From IMG/VR virus record IMGVR_UViG_3300021957_000004: a DNA stretch of 64,000 nucleotides. One strand, written 5' to 3'. Below the pieces are notes generated by a model. It was not told the origin of the DNA. It worked only from the letters and a program-made list of their open reading frames with translations, and did no database searches. Shown here in pieces: positions 46,901 to 56,162 of the stretch. The position numbers and the translations under genes are program-made. Source of the stretch: a virus. The stretch's first letter is position 1. The number at the start of each line of letters is the position of its first letter.

Positions 46901-47608
46901 AGTGTTACTAGATCGGGTGATGCATTCACTATTACTTCTACAAATAATACATATACAAGTTCAAGTTTTACTATTACCGATCTATCTGGATTCCCTGGAG
47001 GATCTACGGGATTCTTAAGAGCAGACGGATCATTCCAAACACCAAATTATCCAAGCGTACCAGGTGTTGGTGATAATGGATTAACACAAAAGAACTTTAC
47101 AACCACTTTATTTAATAAACTAAACGGTATAACTGGAGGAGCAACAGCAAATACAGGTACAGTTACAAATGTAACCGGATCAAATGGTATAAGTGTATCA
47201 AGTGGAACAACAACTCCTGGTATAAGCTTAGCTGGAACTTATTCTGGAACATGGGCAGTTTCGGGAGCGATTACAGCTACAGGTGATATTACATCATCCG
47301 TTTCTGATTCTCAATTAAAAGACAGAAAAGCTAATATTGATAATGCATTAGAAAAAGTAGAACAAATAAATGGATTCTATTTTAATTACAATGATACAGC
47401 AGTAGAACTACTAGATGCAGATAAAGAAGAGATGCAAGTTGGTGTATCAGCTCAGGAAATAGCTAAAGTAATGCCAGAGGTAGTTAAACCAGCACCAATA
47501 AATCCAGAGAAATATAAAACAGTACAATATGAAAGATTAGTACCGTTATTGATAGAAGCAATAAAAGAGTTAAATGCTGAAATCAAAGAACTAAAAAAGC
47601 ATAAATAA
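43952..47608 (+). CDS. Tail fibre protein with C-terminal intramolecular chaperone (S74-type)
   Basis: T/S/G-rich shaft; NLVDAINE coiled-coil repeats; SDSQLK...ALEKVEQINGFYF...GVSAQE...YERLVPLLIEAIKEL. Confidence 0.82.
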   Translation: MAENKETRILKSSSIEELRQKSNEISFGLGDKTLLDSDISDKVFSHTAAAGDYLVSPATTRFEYKPEETIDNTAGYILLTGSPTVGAGFSAGSAVTQSGGYSATIVSASTNKILVKNSSGTFSSSSTLTAGSSTIAGSAIRSLVAESYKKAEVIVKVGSTVYTQDSTSTTGFHIPNHAGSVTLTGSPDVSDFEEGAVAYQGSNLANATWQGTILDCSSTLLRTKTVSGSFSASTQIKVDGGTDTIAGSNHGDITNEDVTFGKLIEFNTPLSVNDAVVITSTNLVDAINEVQDDIGTISSLASGISNRTDLVNATNSLKTEIGTASLDTSANSLRGAVNELHTEIVSNDTDIATINTKLGTITAGAFGTTASTVSTAIAELHTDVDARLMLTKGTSQTINGNISFSNGKTFTFPSGSTLDIRQGSILTGSGGGELTFDTAFLTLIANDTTAAVNQFGLEGRRVGSGKDVRIQFNETQVTGNKEARAWQLQGLDDSNASNTADIVTFYNAKELVSSNTETGIDVTWDSTNQNFDFALSADPTITLAGDLGGTATLTNLTSATLTATIQAGSVENSMLAGGITNANLAGSIANAKLANPSITVSDGSNTSPVALGGTLTFAGTSGEVTVAENAGTVTVGLPDNVTVGGNLTITGNLDVNGTQTTINTSTLEIDDTLVLMGASNSEPTTGGFGLETRSFTGVGTHSNNAANVTGSHSIVYNFATDRWEADGSLILSSATQGAPKIEGQLFESNDNLQFSAGSGLTESVSVSGLNTTVTYTNSDKGSDVMTFKNVASSSGTAVADNNTDTLTILGGNDLSTSVSGDTLTIQHDNSGANAGSYGAQHTVPSITVDARGHVTSISNNSAITLSSLGYTGQTNANNYSFNIDGDSGTSNVISSGETFEIEGGTHCSTVVESNKIIINSVNTEYDTSTGLTDNNFTNALKTKLDNIAGSANNYSFLIGCNGTSGTSTINNGNTLTVNGAGATSVTRSGDAFTITSTNNTYTSSSFTITDLSGFPGGSTGFLRADGSFQTPNYPSVPGVGDNGLTQKNFTTTLFNKLNGITGGATANTGTVTNVTGSNGISVSSGTTTPGISLAGTYSGTWAVSGAITATGDITSSVSDSQLKDRKANIDNALEKVEQINGFYFNYNDTAVELLDADKEEMQVGVSAQEIAKVMPEVVKPAPINPEKYKTVQYERLVPLLIEAIKELNAEIKELKKHK

Positions 47609-47627
47609 AAGACATAAGGTAAATTAA

Positions 47628-47963
47628 ATGGCAGTTTATTCGAACATGACAATCGACCAAGGAACAGATTTTAGTTCTGCAATCGATGTAACGGATGCAG
47701 ATGGTGATGCAGTTAATTTGACAGGCTATACAGTTAAAGGTCAAATTAGAAAATCATATACATCTAGTACTGCGGTTGATTTAACTTGTGCAGTTTCAAA
47801 TGCAGCAGCTGGAATTATCAGCATTGCATTAACAGCAGCGCAGTCAAATGCGATGAAATACGGACGTTATCTCTACGATGTAGAAATGACAAGTTCCGGA
47901 GGGGCTAAAACAAGAGTTTTAGAAGGGCAAGTAGAAATTACACCTGGAGTTACGCAGATATAA
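47628..47963 (+). CDS. Small virion protein (BppU-like beta sandwich)
   Basis: IDQGTDF...NLTGYT..QIRKSY...GRYLYDVE...RVLEG...PGVT. Confidence 0.7.
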   Translation: MAVYSNMTIDQGTDFSSAIDVTDADGDAVNLTGYTVKGQIRKSYTSSTAVDLTCAVSNAAAGIISIALTAAQSNAMKYGRYLYDVEMTSSGGAKTRVLEGQVEITPGVTQI

Positions 47964-48178
47964 TGGCAAACTTAAAGGCAAAGATTCGATCTAATCCTAA
48001 TAAGATTGTTGCACAAACCCTAAAAATAGGTAACGTATCTTTGGCGGATTTAACCGACGTAGATACAGGGAATCTAGCAGATGGAGCAATGATCCAGTAT
48101 AATGCTGGAACGAGTAAATTTAAAATGACAAACAGTTTAGATGGTAACAATCTAATTATAAATTCAGGAACATACTAA
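47963..48178 (+). CDS. Small virion-associated protein
   Basis: 71 aa; LADLTDVD...DGAMIQYN; C-terminal NSGTY resembles DGGTY of the next gene. Confidence 0.65.
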   Translation: MANLKAKIRSNPNKIVAQTLKIGNVSLADLTDVDTGNLADGAMIQYNAGTSKFKMTNSLDGNNLIINSGTY

Positions 48179-48179
48179 T

Positions 48180-49721
48180 ATGGCAGCTTTAACAAGAATT
48201 AAAATATTAAATACCGCGTCCACAAGTTCGGCGCCAACTAATATTTACACAGGGGAAATGGCGTATTCTTACGTTACTGGAACCCAAGCAAATAATGGAG
48301 ACAGGTTATACATTGGTACTGGTACTGAGAACCCATACGCTCCAAACGTAGACATTATCGGTGGTAAATACTTTACCGAAATGTTAAATCACGTACACGG
48401 TACGACAACAGCATCGAGTGCATTAATTACAGATGCTAACTCTCATGTTAGTGCTTTAAATACAGCAACATTTAAAGTTGCAGCTACAGGGTCATTAGGA
48501 TCTGCAGTTGGTATTACCAGTATCTTAGATGAAGATAATTTAGCTTCTGATAGTGCTACAGCACTTGCTACTCAACAGTCAATTAAGGCTTACGTTGATA
48601 CAATTGTAGATGCACAAGACTTAGATATTACTACGGATTCAGGTACAATAGCAATTGACCTTGATGATGAAACATTAACCATTTCAGGTGATACAGGTAT
48701 ATCAACAACTGCTAGTGGAAACGCTATTGAAATAGATCTAGATGATACAGCAGTAACAGCAGGATCTTACGGTTCACAAACAGCTATACCAACATTCACA
48801 GTTGATCAACAAGGTCGATTAACAGCTGCTTCAACAGTAACAGTTGCTACAGCATTAACAGTAGATGGTGATTCAGGAACAGGCGATGTATCCTTATTAA
48901 CAGATGATTTAAGAATCGTTGGTACAGCTCAAGAAGTTACAACAGCGGTAGCTAAATCAGGTACAGACGTAACGGTCACCGTTGGTTTACCAAATGACGT
49001 TACTATTGGATCAGATTTAACAGTTACAGATAACTTAGTTGTTAACGGGAACGTAACATTAGGTAATGCTACATCAGACACAGTTCAAACTGGCGGTAAT
49101 TTAACAGTTGGTGGTGATCTTACAGTTAACGGTACAACAACATCAGTTAACTCAACTACTACTACTTTAACAGATCCAGTTATTGAATTAGCTAAAGATA
49201 CTTCTGCAGCAGATGGTCTTGATCGTGGTGTTAGTTTCAAATGGCATAACGGTTCAGCAGTTAAAACAGGTTTCTTTGGATTTGATATACAAACTCAAAG
49301 GTTCTCCTTCACTAACGATGAAGATCTATCAGGTGGAGATAATGCTTCCTCACCATGGCATGATGCACAATTCGGTGGAGTTTACGCAGGTAATGTCCAA
49401 GTTGGTATTACAGGCGATAATGAGATCGATACAACCTCTGGCAATTTAACAATTGATTCAGCTGGTGGTACAACAACTATTGATGATATATTAACCGTAA
49501 CAGGTGCAGCATCAGCAGCTAGTTTAACACTTACAACAGATTTAGCAGTAGCACATGGTGGTACTGGATTAAGTTCATTCACTGGTAAAGGTGTATTTAC
49601 ATCTAACTCTGGTGGTACAGCAATTGATTTTGTTACATCTTCTGCAGAAGGTGCAATAATGCAGTTTAATAGTTCTGGTGTACCTATTGCTTCTGTCATC
49701 GTAGATGGTGGAACATACTAA
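48180..49721 (+). CDS. Tail fibre-like structural protein
   Basis: GEMAYS N-terminal module, LATQQSIKAYVD, AGSYGS..AIPTFTVDQQGRLT, GDLTVNGTTT, terminal DGGTY. Confidence 0.75.
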   Translation: MAALTRIKILNTASTSSAPTNIYTGEMAYSYVTGTQANNGDRLYIGTGTENPYAPNVDIIGGKYFTEMLNHVHGTTTASSALITDANSHVSALNTATFKVAATGSLGSAVGITSILDEDNLASDSATALATQQSIKAYVDTIVDAQDLDITTDSGTIAIDLDDETLTISGDTGISTTASGNAIEIDLDDTAVTAGSYGSQTAIPTFTVDQQGRLTAASTVTVATALTVDGDSGTGDVSLLTDDLRIVGTAQEVTTAVAKSGTDVTVTVGLPNDVTIGSDLTVTDNLVVNGNVTLGNATSDTVQTGGNLTVGGDLTVNGTTTSVNSTTTTLTDPVIELAKDTSAADGLDRGVSFKWHNGSAVKTGFFGFDIQTQRFSFTNDEDLSGGDNASSPWHDAQFGGVYAGNVQVGITGDNEIDTTSGNLTIDSAGGTTTIDDILTVTGAASAASLTLTTDLAVAHGGTGLSSFTGKGVFTSNSGGTAIDFVTSSAEGAIMQFNSSGVPIASVIVDGGTY

Positions 49722-49722
49722 T

Positions 49723-49730
49723 TATAAATA
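49723..49730 (+). promoter_or_regulatory. T4 late promoter TATAAATA
   Basis: Exact consensus in the intergenic region before ORF 49811. Confidence 0.75.
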
Positions 49731-49810
49731 GTATTATAACACATTAATATGTGTTTGTAAACATTTTTATTAATTTCTCTATATAGAGATTGAACATATA
49801 GGAGCCAAAA

Positions 49811-52800
49811 TTGGCACGTAAAACGAACATACAACTGAGGCGTTCAGCAACAGCTGGAGGCATTCCAACTACAAGTAATCTAGACTTAGGTGAATTAGCG
49901 CTTAATACCTACGACGGTAAAGCGTATATGAAGACCACGGAGTCTTCTCTTGATAGTATAATTCAGATTGGCTCCGCAACAGATACTTATCATAAGATAA
50001 GAAAAGGTAATACAATAACTATTACCGTCACCGTTGCTACAAAAACAACATCGCACCCACATCATGGATCTGGTTCAAGCTCAGCATACTTTTTAAATGG
50101 TATTGAATCACCTCATTTCCATATGGTTCCTGGGAACACATATAAGTTTGATCAAGCAGATAGTTCCAACTCTGGTCATCCATTAAGATTCTATTATGAA
50201 GCAAATAAATCAACTGCTTATAGTACAGGTATTACGACATCTGGAACGCCAGGAAGTTCAGGCGCGCATACAACTATTGTACCTACTGATGCTACTCCAA
50301 TGGTATTACATTACCAATGTTCAGCACATGGATATATGGGTGGTAGATCAGATTATGCTACAAGAAACTTTACTGGATTTAATACAGGTGATTTAGCAGA
50401 AGGGACAAATCTATATTACACAGACGCTAGAGCAAGAGCCTCAATTAGTGTAAGTGGAGATTTATCCTATAATAGTTCAACAGGTGTTATATCTTTTACA
50501 GAAACAACAGCAGCTACAACTCGTGCATTAATATCAGTCACAGATGCTGGTGGAGATGGTTCATTAGCATATAATAACACCACGGGCGTGATCACGTACA
50601 CGGGTCCGAGCGCGAGCGAGGTGCGAGCGCACATCTCCGCGGGTACGGGCGTAACAGTTTCTAATGGTGCTATATCAATAGGACAAGCAGTTGCAACAAC
50701 TTCTGATGTAACCTTTAATGATTTACAAGTAGATGGTAATACAATCATCACTGGTAACTTAACGGTTAATGGAACAAGTACAACTTTAAATGTTGCAACA
50801 TTAGATGTAGAAGATTTAAATATAACAGTTGGTAAAGCAGCAACAACAAGTTCAGCAACTAACGGCGCAGGACTTACATTTGGTGCTTGGTCTTCAGGTA
50901 CTATACCTACATTTACATGGGATCATGCTAACCAAAGATTTGCAGCTAACTATGCTATTGCAGCTAATATTACAGGTGCATTAACAGGTAATGCAGATAC
51001 AGCTACTACATTAGCTACAGCAAGAACTATATCAGGTGTATCATTTAATGGTTCAGCTAATATAACACTAAACACTTCTGCAATAACAGAAAATACTAAT
51101 CTATACTATACCAATGCTCGAGCAGATGCTAGAATTGCAGCGGCAAGTTTACTAGATTTAAGTGATGTTGGTTCTGACGGAACAAACGGTCAAGTACTAA
51201 CAACAGATGGTAGTGGTGGATTTACATTTACAACAGTAAGTGGTGGCGGTTCAGCAATAACTGTACAAGAAGAAGGTTCATCCTTAGCAACAGCAGCAGC
51301 AACAATTAACTTTGTGGGTGCTGGGGTAACAGCAACAGGTACTGGTGCGACTAAAACAATTACTATTCCTGGCACAGGTACAGTATCAGAAGCATTTAAA
51401 ACAATTTCAGTTTCAGGCCAATCAGACGTCGTAGCAGATACAGCAACAGATACATTAACATTAGTAGCTGGTTCTAATATGACACTTACTACTAGTGCTA
51501 GTGGAGATACAGTTACATTTGCATCTTCAGGAAGTGGTGGTGGTGGTTCAGCCTCAGCTTCAGACATAAGAACAAAATTTGTTTATACTACATCATCTAG
51601 TACAACCGCATTCAGTGGATCAGATGATAATTCAGCAACATTAAGTTATACATTAGGTGCAGTGGATGTTTACCTAAATGGTGTATTACAAAAGCTTACA
51701 ACAGATTACGCCGAAACTAACACATCAACTATAACATTTGTTAATGCTATAGCATCAGGTAACGTTGTAGAAATCATAGCTTATTATAGGACTATTGGTA
51801 CAGGCAATTCTGTAGTGGATCAATTTACAGGTAATGGTTCAGCAACAGATTATACAGTTACAACTGCACCAGTTTCAGAAAACAATCTATTAGTTTATAT
51901 CGATGGTGTATACCAGCAGAAAACAGATTACACTGTATCTGGTACAACACTAGCATTTGATACAGCACCAGCTAGTGGAGCAGTTATAGAAACTGTAGCG
52001 ATGGTTGGTGCTATTACAGAACAAGCTAGCTTAACATTAACAGGTGCATTAACATCTGTAAGTGCAGATTTATCTGGTGACTTAACAGTTGCAGGTAATA
52101 TATCATTAGATGGTTCAAATAAAGAATTAAGATTTTATGAAGGCTCAAATTATGTAGGGTTCGAAGCTCCAGCATTAAGTGCTGATAAAATTTGGGTATT
52201 ACCAGCAGCAGACGGCACAGCAGGATATGCACTTAAGACAGATGGTTCTGGAAATCTAAGTTGGGGATTAGCTGGTGGTAATGCATTCGAAACAATTTCA
52301 GTATCAGGTCAAAGTGACGTTGTTGCTGATAGTTCATCTGATACATTAACTTTAGCTGCTGGAACAGGTCTTGCTATTACAACAGCAGCCGGTTCAGATA
52401 CAATTACATTTACAAATACCGCAGTTGGTGCTAACGCATTTGGAACAATCGCAGTTAGTGGACAATCAAATGTTGTTGCAGATTCAACTGCAGATACATT
52501 AACATTAGCGGCTGGGGCAGGTATAGTATTAACAACTGCAGCAGGTTCAGACACAGTTACAATAGCAGGTGGATCAGGCTCAGTATTCACAACAGATTTA
52601 TTTACAGCTTCAGGTTCACAGAATGCTTATACACTTTCAGTAGCTCCGGCTTCAGAAGATGAGATCATGGCTTTTGTGGAAGGTGTATATCAGAATAAAA
52701 ATTCATACGCATTAAGTGGTACAACATTAACCTTTGATGCTGGTATAACAAACGGTCAAGAAGTTGTTGTACATCATATTGGTGCAGGCATAGTTGGAAC

Positions 52801-53425
52801 AAGTCCAAACGTTGAAACGTTTACAGGAAATGGTTCAGCTTATTCATACACACTAAGTGTTGCACCACCTAATGAAAACTATTTACAAGTATTCTGGGAT
52901 GGAGTATATCAGAACCATGATCAATACACAGTAAGTGGAACAACTTTAGACTTTGGTTCAGGTAACGTTCCGGCTAATGCAACAGCAATTGAAGTTGTTT
53001 ACCCAAGTATAAATGGTATAGGAACACCAAGTGATGCATCAGTCACACCAGCTAAATTAAGCACAGGCGCACCATCATGGGATGGTAATTCTAATTTCAT
53101 AGTTGGTAATTCTTATGTAAGATCTGATAGTACTTCTGTTAGTGCAACCAGCGCAACGACAGTGGCTTCACATGCAGTTGCTACATATAGAACAGTTAAA
53201 TATCAAGTACAAATAACACAGGGTTCAGCATATCATTCAACAGAATTAAATGCAATACATGATGGAACAACTGTATACTTAACAGAGTATGGAACAATCT
53301 TTAGTGGTTCTTCTCTTGCAACATTCGATGCAACAATTAGTTCAGGTAATATGTTATTACAGGTAACAATGGGGAGTTCTTCAAGTTCAACAATTAAAGT
53401 AATATCAAGTGCAATAAGTGTATAA
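49811..53425 (+). CDS. Modular tail fibre protein (TTG start)
   Basis: IQLRRS...LGELALNTYDG N-terminus, cupredoxin-like domain, NLYYT.ARA repeats, AF.TI.VSGQS.VVAD repeats, four V(Y/F).(D/N/E)GV.Q domains; AGGAG RBS. Confidence 0.8.
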   Translation: MARKTNIQLRRSATAGGIPTTSNLDLGELALNTYDGKAYMKTTESSLDSIIQIGSATDTYHKIRKGNTITITVTVATKTTSHPHHGSGSSSAYFLNGIESPHFHMVPGNTYKFDQADSSNSGHPLRFYYEANKSTAYSTGITTSGTPGSSGAHTTIVPTDATPMVLHYQCSAHGYMGGRSDYATRNFTGFNTGDLAEGTNLYYTDARARASISVSGDLSYNSSTGVISFTETTAATTRALISVTDAGGDGSLAYNNTTGVITYTGPSASEVRAHISAGTGVTVSNGAISIGQAVATTSDVTFNDLQVDGNTIITGNLTVNGTSTTLNVATLDVEDLNITVGKAATTSSATNGAGLTFGAWSSGTIPTFTWDHANQRFAANYAIAANITGALTGNADTATTLATARTISGVSFNGSANITLNTSAITENTNLYYTNARADARIAAASLLDLSDVGSDGTNGQVLTTDGSGGFTFTTVSGGGSAITVQEEGSSLATAAATINFVGAGVTATGTGATKTITIPGTGTVSEAFKTISVSGQSDVVADTATDTLTLVAGSNMTLTTSASGDTVTFASSGSGGGGSASASDIRTKFVYTTSSSTTAFSGSDDNSATLSYTLGAVDVYLNGVLQKLTTDYAETNTSTITFVNAIASGNVVEIIAYYRTIGTGNSVVDQFTGNGSATDYTVTTAPVSENNLLVYIDGVYQQKTDYTVSGTTLAFDTAPASGAVIETVAMVGAITEQASLTLTGALTSVSADLSGDLTVAGNISLDGSNKELRFYEGSNYVGFEAPALSADKIWVLPAADGTAGYALKTDGSGNLSWGLAGGNAFETISVSGQSDVVADSSSDTLTLAAGTGLAITTAAGSDTITFTNTAVGANAFGTIAVSGQSNVVADSTADTLTLAAGAGIVLTTAAGSDTVTIAGGSGSVFTTDLFTASGSQNAYTLSVAPASEDEIMAFVEGVYQNKNSYALSGTTLTFDAGITNGQEVVVHHIGAGIVGTSPNVETFTGNGSAYSYTLSVAPPNENYLQVFWDGVYQNHDQYTVSGTTLDFGSGNVPANATAIEVVYPSINGIGTPSDASVTPAKLSTGAPSWDGNSNFIVGNSYVRSDSTSVSATSATTVASHAVATYRTVKYQVQITQGSAYHSTELNAIHDGTTVYLTEYGTIFSGSSLATFDATISSGNMLLQVTMGSSSSSTIKVISSAISV

Positions 53426-53428
53426 ATA
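53421..53428 (+). promoter_or_regulatory. T4 late promoter TATAAATA
   Basis: Exact consensus overlapping the stop codon of the upstream gene. Confidence 0.75.
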
Positions 53429-53461
53429 GATACATAATAACGATGGAGAGTGAAATCGTAA

Positions 53462-56161
53462 ATGGCTACAAATAAAAATTTCGAAGTAAAGAATGGTTTA
53501 ACCATAGCAGGTACTGAGCGTATCTCATCTGCTGGTGCATTCACTGGTTCATTGGCAAGTACTACTACTGCAACAACACAATCAGCAGCAGACAGCTCTA
53601 CTAAAATAGCAACGACAGCATATACAGATGCTGCAATCACTGCATTAATTGGTGGAGCTCCAAGCGCCTTAAATGACCTTAATGAATTAGCCGCTGCAAT
53701 CGCAGACGATGCAAACTATTCTACTACTCTTACCACAGCATTGGCTACTAAACTACCTTTAGCAGGTGGTACAATGACTGGGAACTTAACTGTTAATGCT
53801 ATTGTAGATGCAGACAATTTTAAAATAAATAACGCACAAGGAACAGACGGACAACTATTAACCTCCACAGGAAGTGGAGTGGCATGGGAAGATGCGCCAG
53901 CGAGTGGTCCAACATTTAAAACATTTGGTACATCTTCGATCATGGTTGGTGATAGTACTACAGGAACTATTAATGCTGCTGATTACAACACAGGTTTAGG
54001 TGTAGATGTTTTTGCGAATTTAACAAGTGGAGACCAAAATACTGCAATTGGTTTCGAGGCTGGAAATGGTATAACCACCCAGGGACAGAATACTTTAATA
54101 GGATATCAAGCAGGAAAACAAGTTGGCAATGCTGCAGAGTCCTGGGAAGCTCAAAGAAATACCTTTATTGGATTCGGTGCTGGTCGTGATGTTGACGAAG
54201 GCCAAAAAGCTATTGCAATAGGTTATTATGCCATGATGAGTAGTACTGGTAGTACAACCGGTGATATAGCCATTGGCTATCAGGCAATGCAATATAGGGC
54301 TTCTAATAGTGGAGATAGTATTGCTATTGGTTCTAATGCGCACAGAGGCGATATAAATCAAGGATATCAAAATGCCAATAGAAATGTTGCAATCGGAAAT
54401 AATGCTTTATCGGTGGTAGAAACTGGTGCCATACAAAATACGGTTGTTGGCTGGTGGGCAGGTCAGAATGTGACAACTGGTCCCAATAACACATTAATTG
54501 GTTCTGAAGCTGGACAGGCAGTATCAACAGGCCAACTCAATACTTTACTTGGATATCGTGCTGGTGAGCTGATTACTACAGGAAATTATAATATTGTCCT
54601 TGGTAGTTATGACGGTAATGAAGGCGGTTTAGATATAAGAACCGCTAGTAATCGCGTTGTAATATCCGATGGCGCTGGTAATATTCGAATGTATATTGAT
54701 AATACTGGCAAAGTTGGAATTAATGACACTAACCCATCACAAATGTTATCTGTATCAGGAACAGGTTCAGTACCTCCAGCTAGATTTACTGCAGGAGGAA
54801 ACACTAATACATTAGAAGTTTTTGGACACTCTACAACAGATGCATCAACAGGTCTTTTAGTGAGCGCAGGTACTTCGGCTAGTGACTATGCTGCATATTT
54901 TAGAAAGGTTGATGGAACTACGCCAATAATGATGGTTAGAGGTAATGGTAACGTTGGAATTGGAACAACTTCTCCAGCAGCTCCATTAGATGTAAAATTT
55001 GTAGATAACACAAATGCTCAAAGATGGTCTTATGGCTCTTCAGAAGATAATTTTTATTTAGAACTTGATACAGCTATTCCTGGTAGTGGAGTTGTTACTT
55101 ATAATTTTAATACTAAAAACAATGGCACTTTGTATAATAATAATCTTGTTTTAGATAGAGGCAACGTTGGTATCGGAACGACTGCCCCATCAACAAAACT
55201 TCATGTAGATACTGAGACTGATAATGCATATGGCATAAGACTATCAGGTAGGACAAATAATGGGAGTGGAGTATGGACTGGTATAGGTATAGGTGGAGAA
55301 ACTTCTAATACTAAATCGGCTATTATATTTCAAGATATCGGCTCTAGTTATTCAAGAGGTAAACTTCTTTTTTGTGTTAATAATGATCAAGATCAATCAA
55401 ATGCAGATCCAGGTGATGCAAGATTAACTATACAAAATGACGGCAACGTTGGTATCGGAACGACTGCCCCAGGTAGGGTTTTAGACGTTTCACATAGTGC
55501 AGGTCAACATATCCCAGTTTTAAGACTTTCAGGAATGTCAACTTCTGCTTATTCAGGTGGCTTATCGTGGTACTCAGGTTATGGCCCTAAAGAAACAGCT
55601 GAAATGCACAGCACTGCAAGTGGTTCACAAGGTGGAGAATGGTGGCTAAATTGTAGAAACCAAAATTCGAATGCTCAGTCCAGAGTTATGGCAATAAATA
55701 ATGTTGGCAGGCTCAGGCTAAGTGGGCTTTCAGAAGCCTGTTCAGGTGCTTTTAATGTTATGGGTGAAGTTGGAAATAGTTATGACGCAATACAATTTTA
55801 CCATAACTCAATGACACTAGTTGGTCGTATTAGAACAGCAGCTGGTTCAACTTCATATAATACATCTTCTGATTACAGATTAAAAGAAAATGTAGATTAT
55901 ACCTGGGACGCTACAACAAGATTAAAACAACTCAAACCAGCTAGATTTAATTTTATAGCTGATGATACCAATACATTAGTTGATGGTTTCCTAGCTCACG
56001 AAGTATCAAGTATAGTTCCTGAAGCAATTACAGGAACAAAAGATGCAGTTGATGGTGAAGGCAATCCTGATTATCAAGGTATTGACCAAAGTAAATTAGT
56101 ACCATTACTCGTAAAAACAATACAAGAATTAGAAGCTAGAATAGCTACACTAGAAGGATAA
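53462..56161 (+). CDS. Tail fibre protein with S74-type chaperone
   Basis: LNELAAAI.DD module, NT.IG..A repeats, GNVGIGT repeats, SDYRLKEN...GFLAHEV...LVPLLVKTIQEL. Confidence 0.85.
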   Translation: MATNKNFEVKNGLTIAGTERISSAGAFTGSLASTTTATTQSAADSSTKIATTAYTDAAITALIGGAPSALNDLNELAAAIADDANYSTTLTTALATKLPLAGGTMTGNLTVNAIVDADNFKINNAQGTDGQLLTSTGSGVAWEDAPASGPTFKTFGTSSIMVGDSTTGTINAADYNTGLGVDVFANLTSGDQNTAIGFEAGNGITTQGQNTLIGYQAGKQVGNAAESWEAQRNTFIGFGAGRDVDEGQKAIAIGYYAMMSSTGSTTGDIAIGYQAMQYRASNSGDSIAIGSNAHRGDINQGYQNANRNVAIGNNALSVVETGAIQNTVVGWWAGQNVTTGPNNTLIGSEAGQAVSTGQLNTLLGYRAGELITTGNYNIVLGSYDGNEGGLDIRTASNRVVISDGAGNIRMYIDNTGKVGINDTNPSQMLSVSGTGSVPPARFTAGGNTNTLEVFGHSTTDASTGLLVSAGTSASDYAAYFRKVDGTTPIMMVRGNGNVGIGTTSPAAPLDVKFVDNTNAQRWSYGSSEDNFYLELDTAIPGSGVVTYNFNTKNNGTLYNNNLVLDRGNVGIGTTAPSTKLHVDTETDNAYGIRLSGRTNNGSGVWTGIGIGGETSNTKSAIIFQDIGSSYSRGKLLFCVNNDQDQSNADPGDARLTIQNDGNVGIGTTAPGRVLDVSHSAGQHIPVLRLSGMSTSAYSGGLSWYSGYGPKETAEMHSTASGSQGGEWWLNCRNQNSNAQSRVMAINNVGRLRLSGLSEACSGAFNVMGEVGNSYDAIQFYHNSMTLVGRIRTAAGSTSYNTSSDYRLKENVDYTWDATTRLKQLKPARFNFIADDTNTLVDGFLAHEVSSIVPEAITGTKDAVDGEGNPDYQGIDQSKLVPLLVKTIQELEARIATLEG
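55160..55471 (+). repeat. Exact 30-bp direct repeat at GNVGIGTTAP module junctions
   Basis: GGCAACGTTGGTATCGGAACGACTGCCCCA at 55160-55189 and 55442-55471; first 20 bp again at 59797-59816. Confidence 0.9.
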
Positions 56162-56162
56162 T

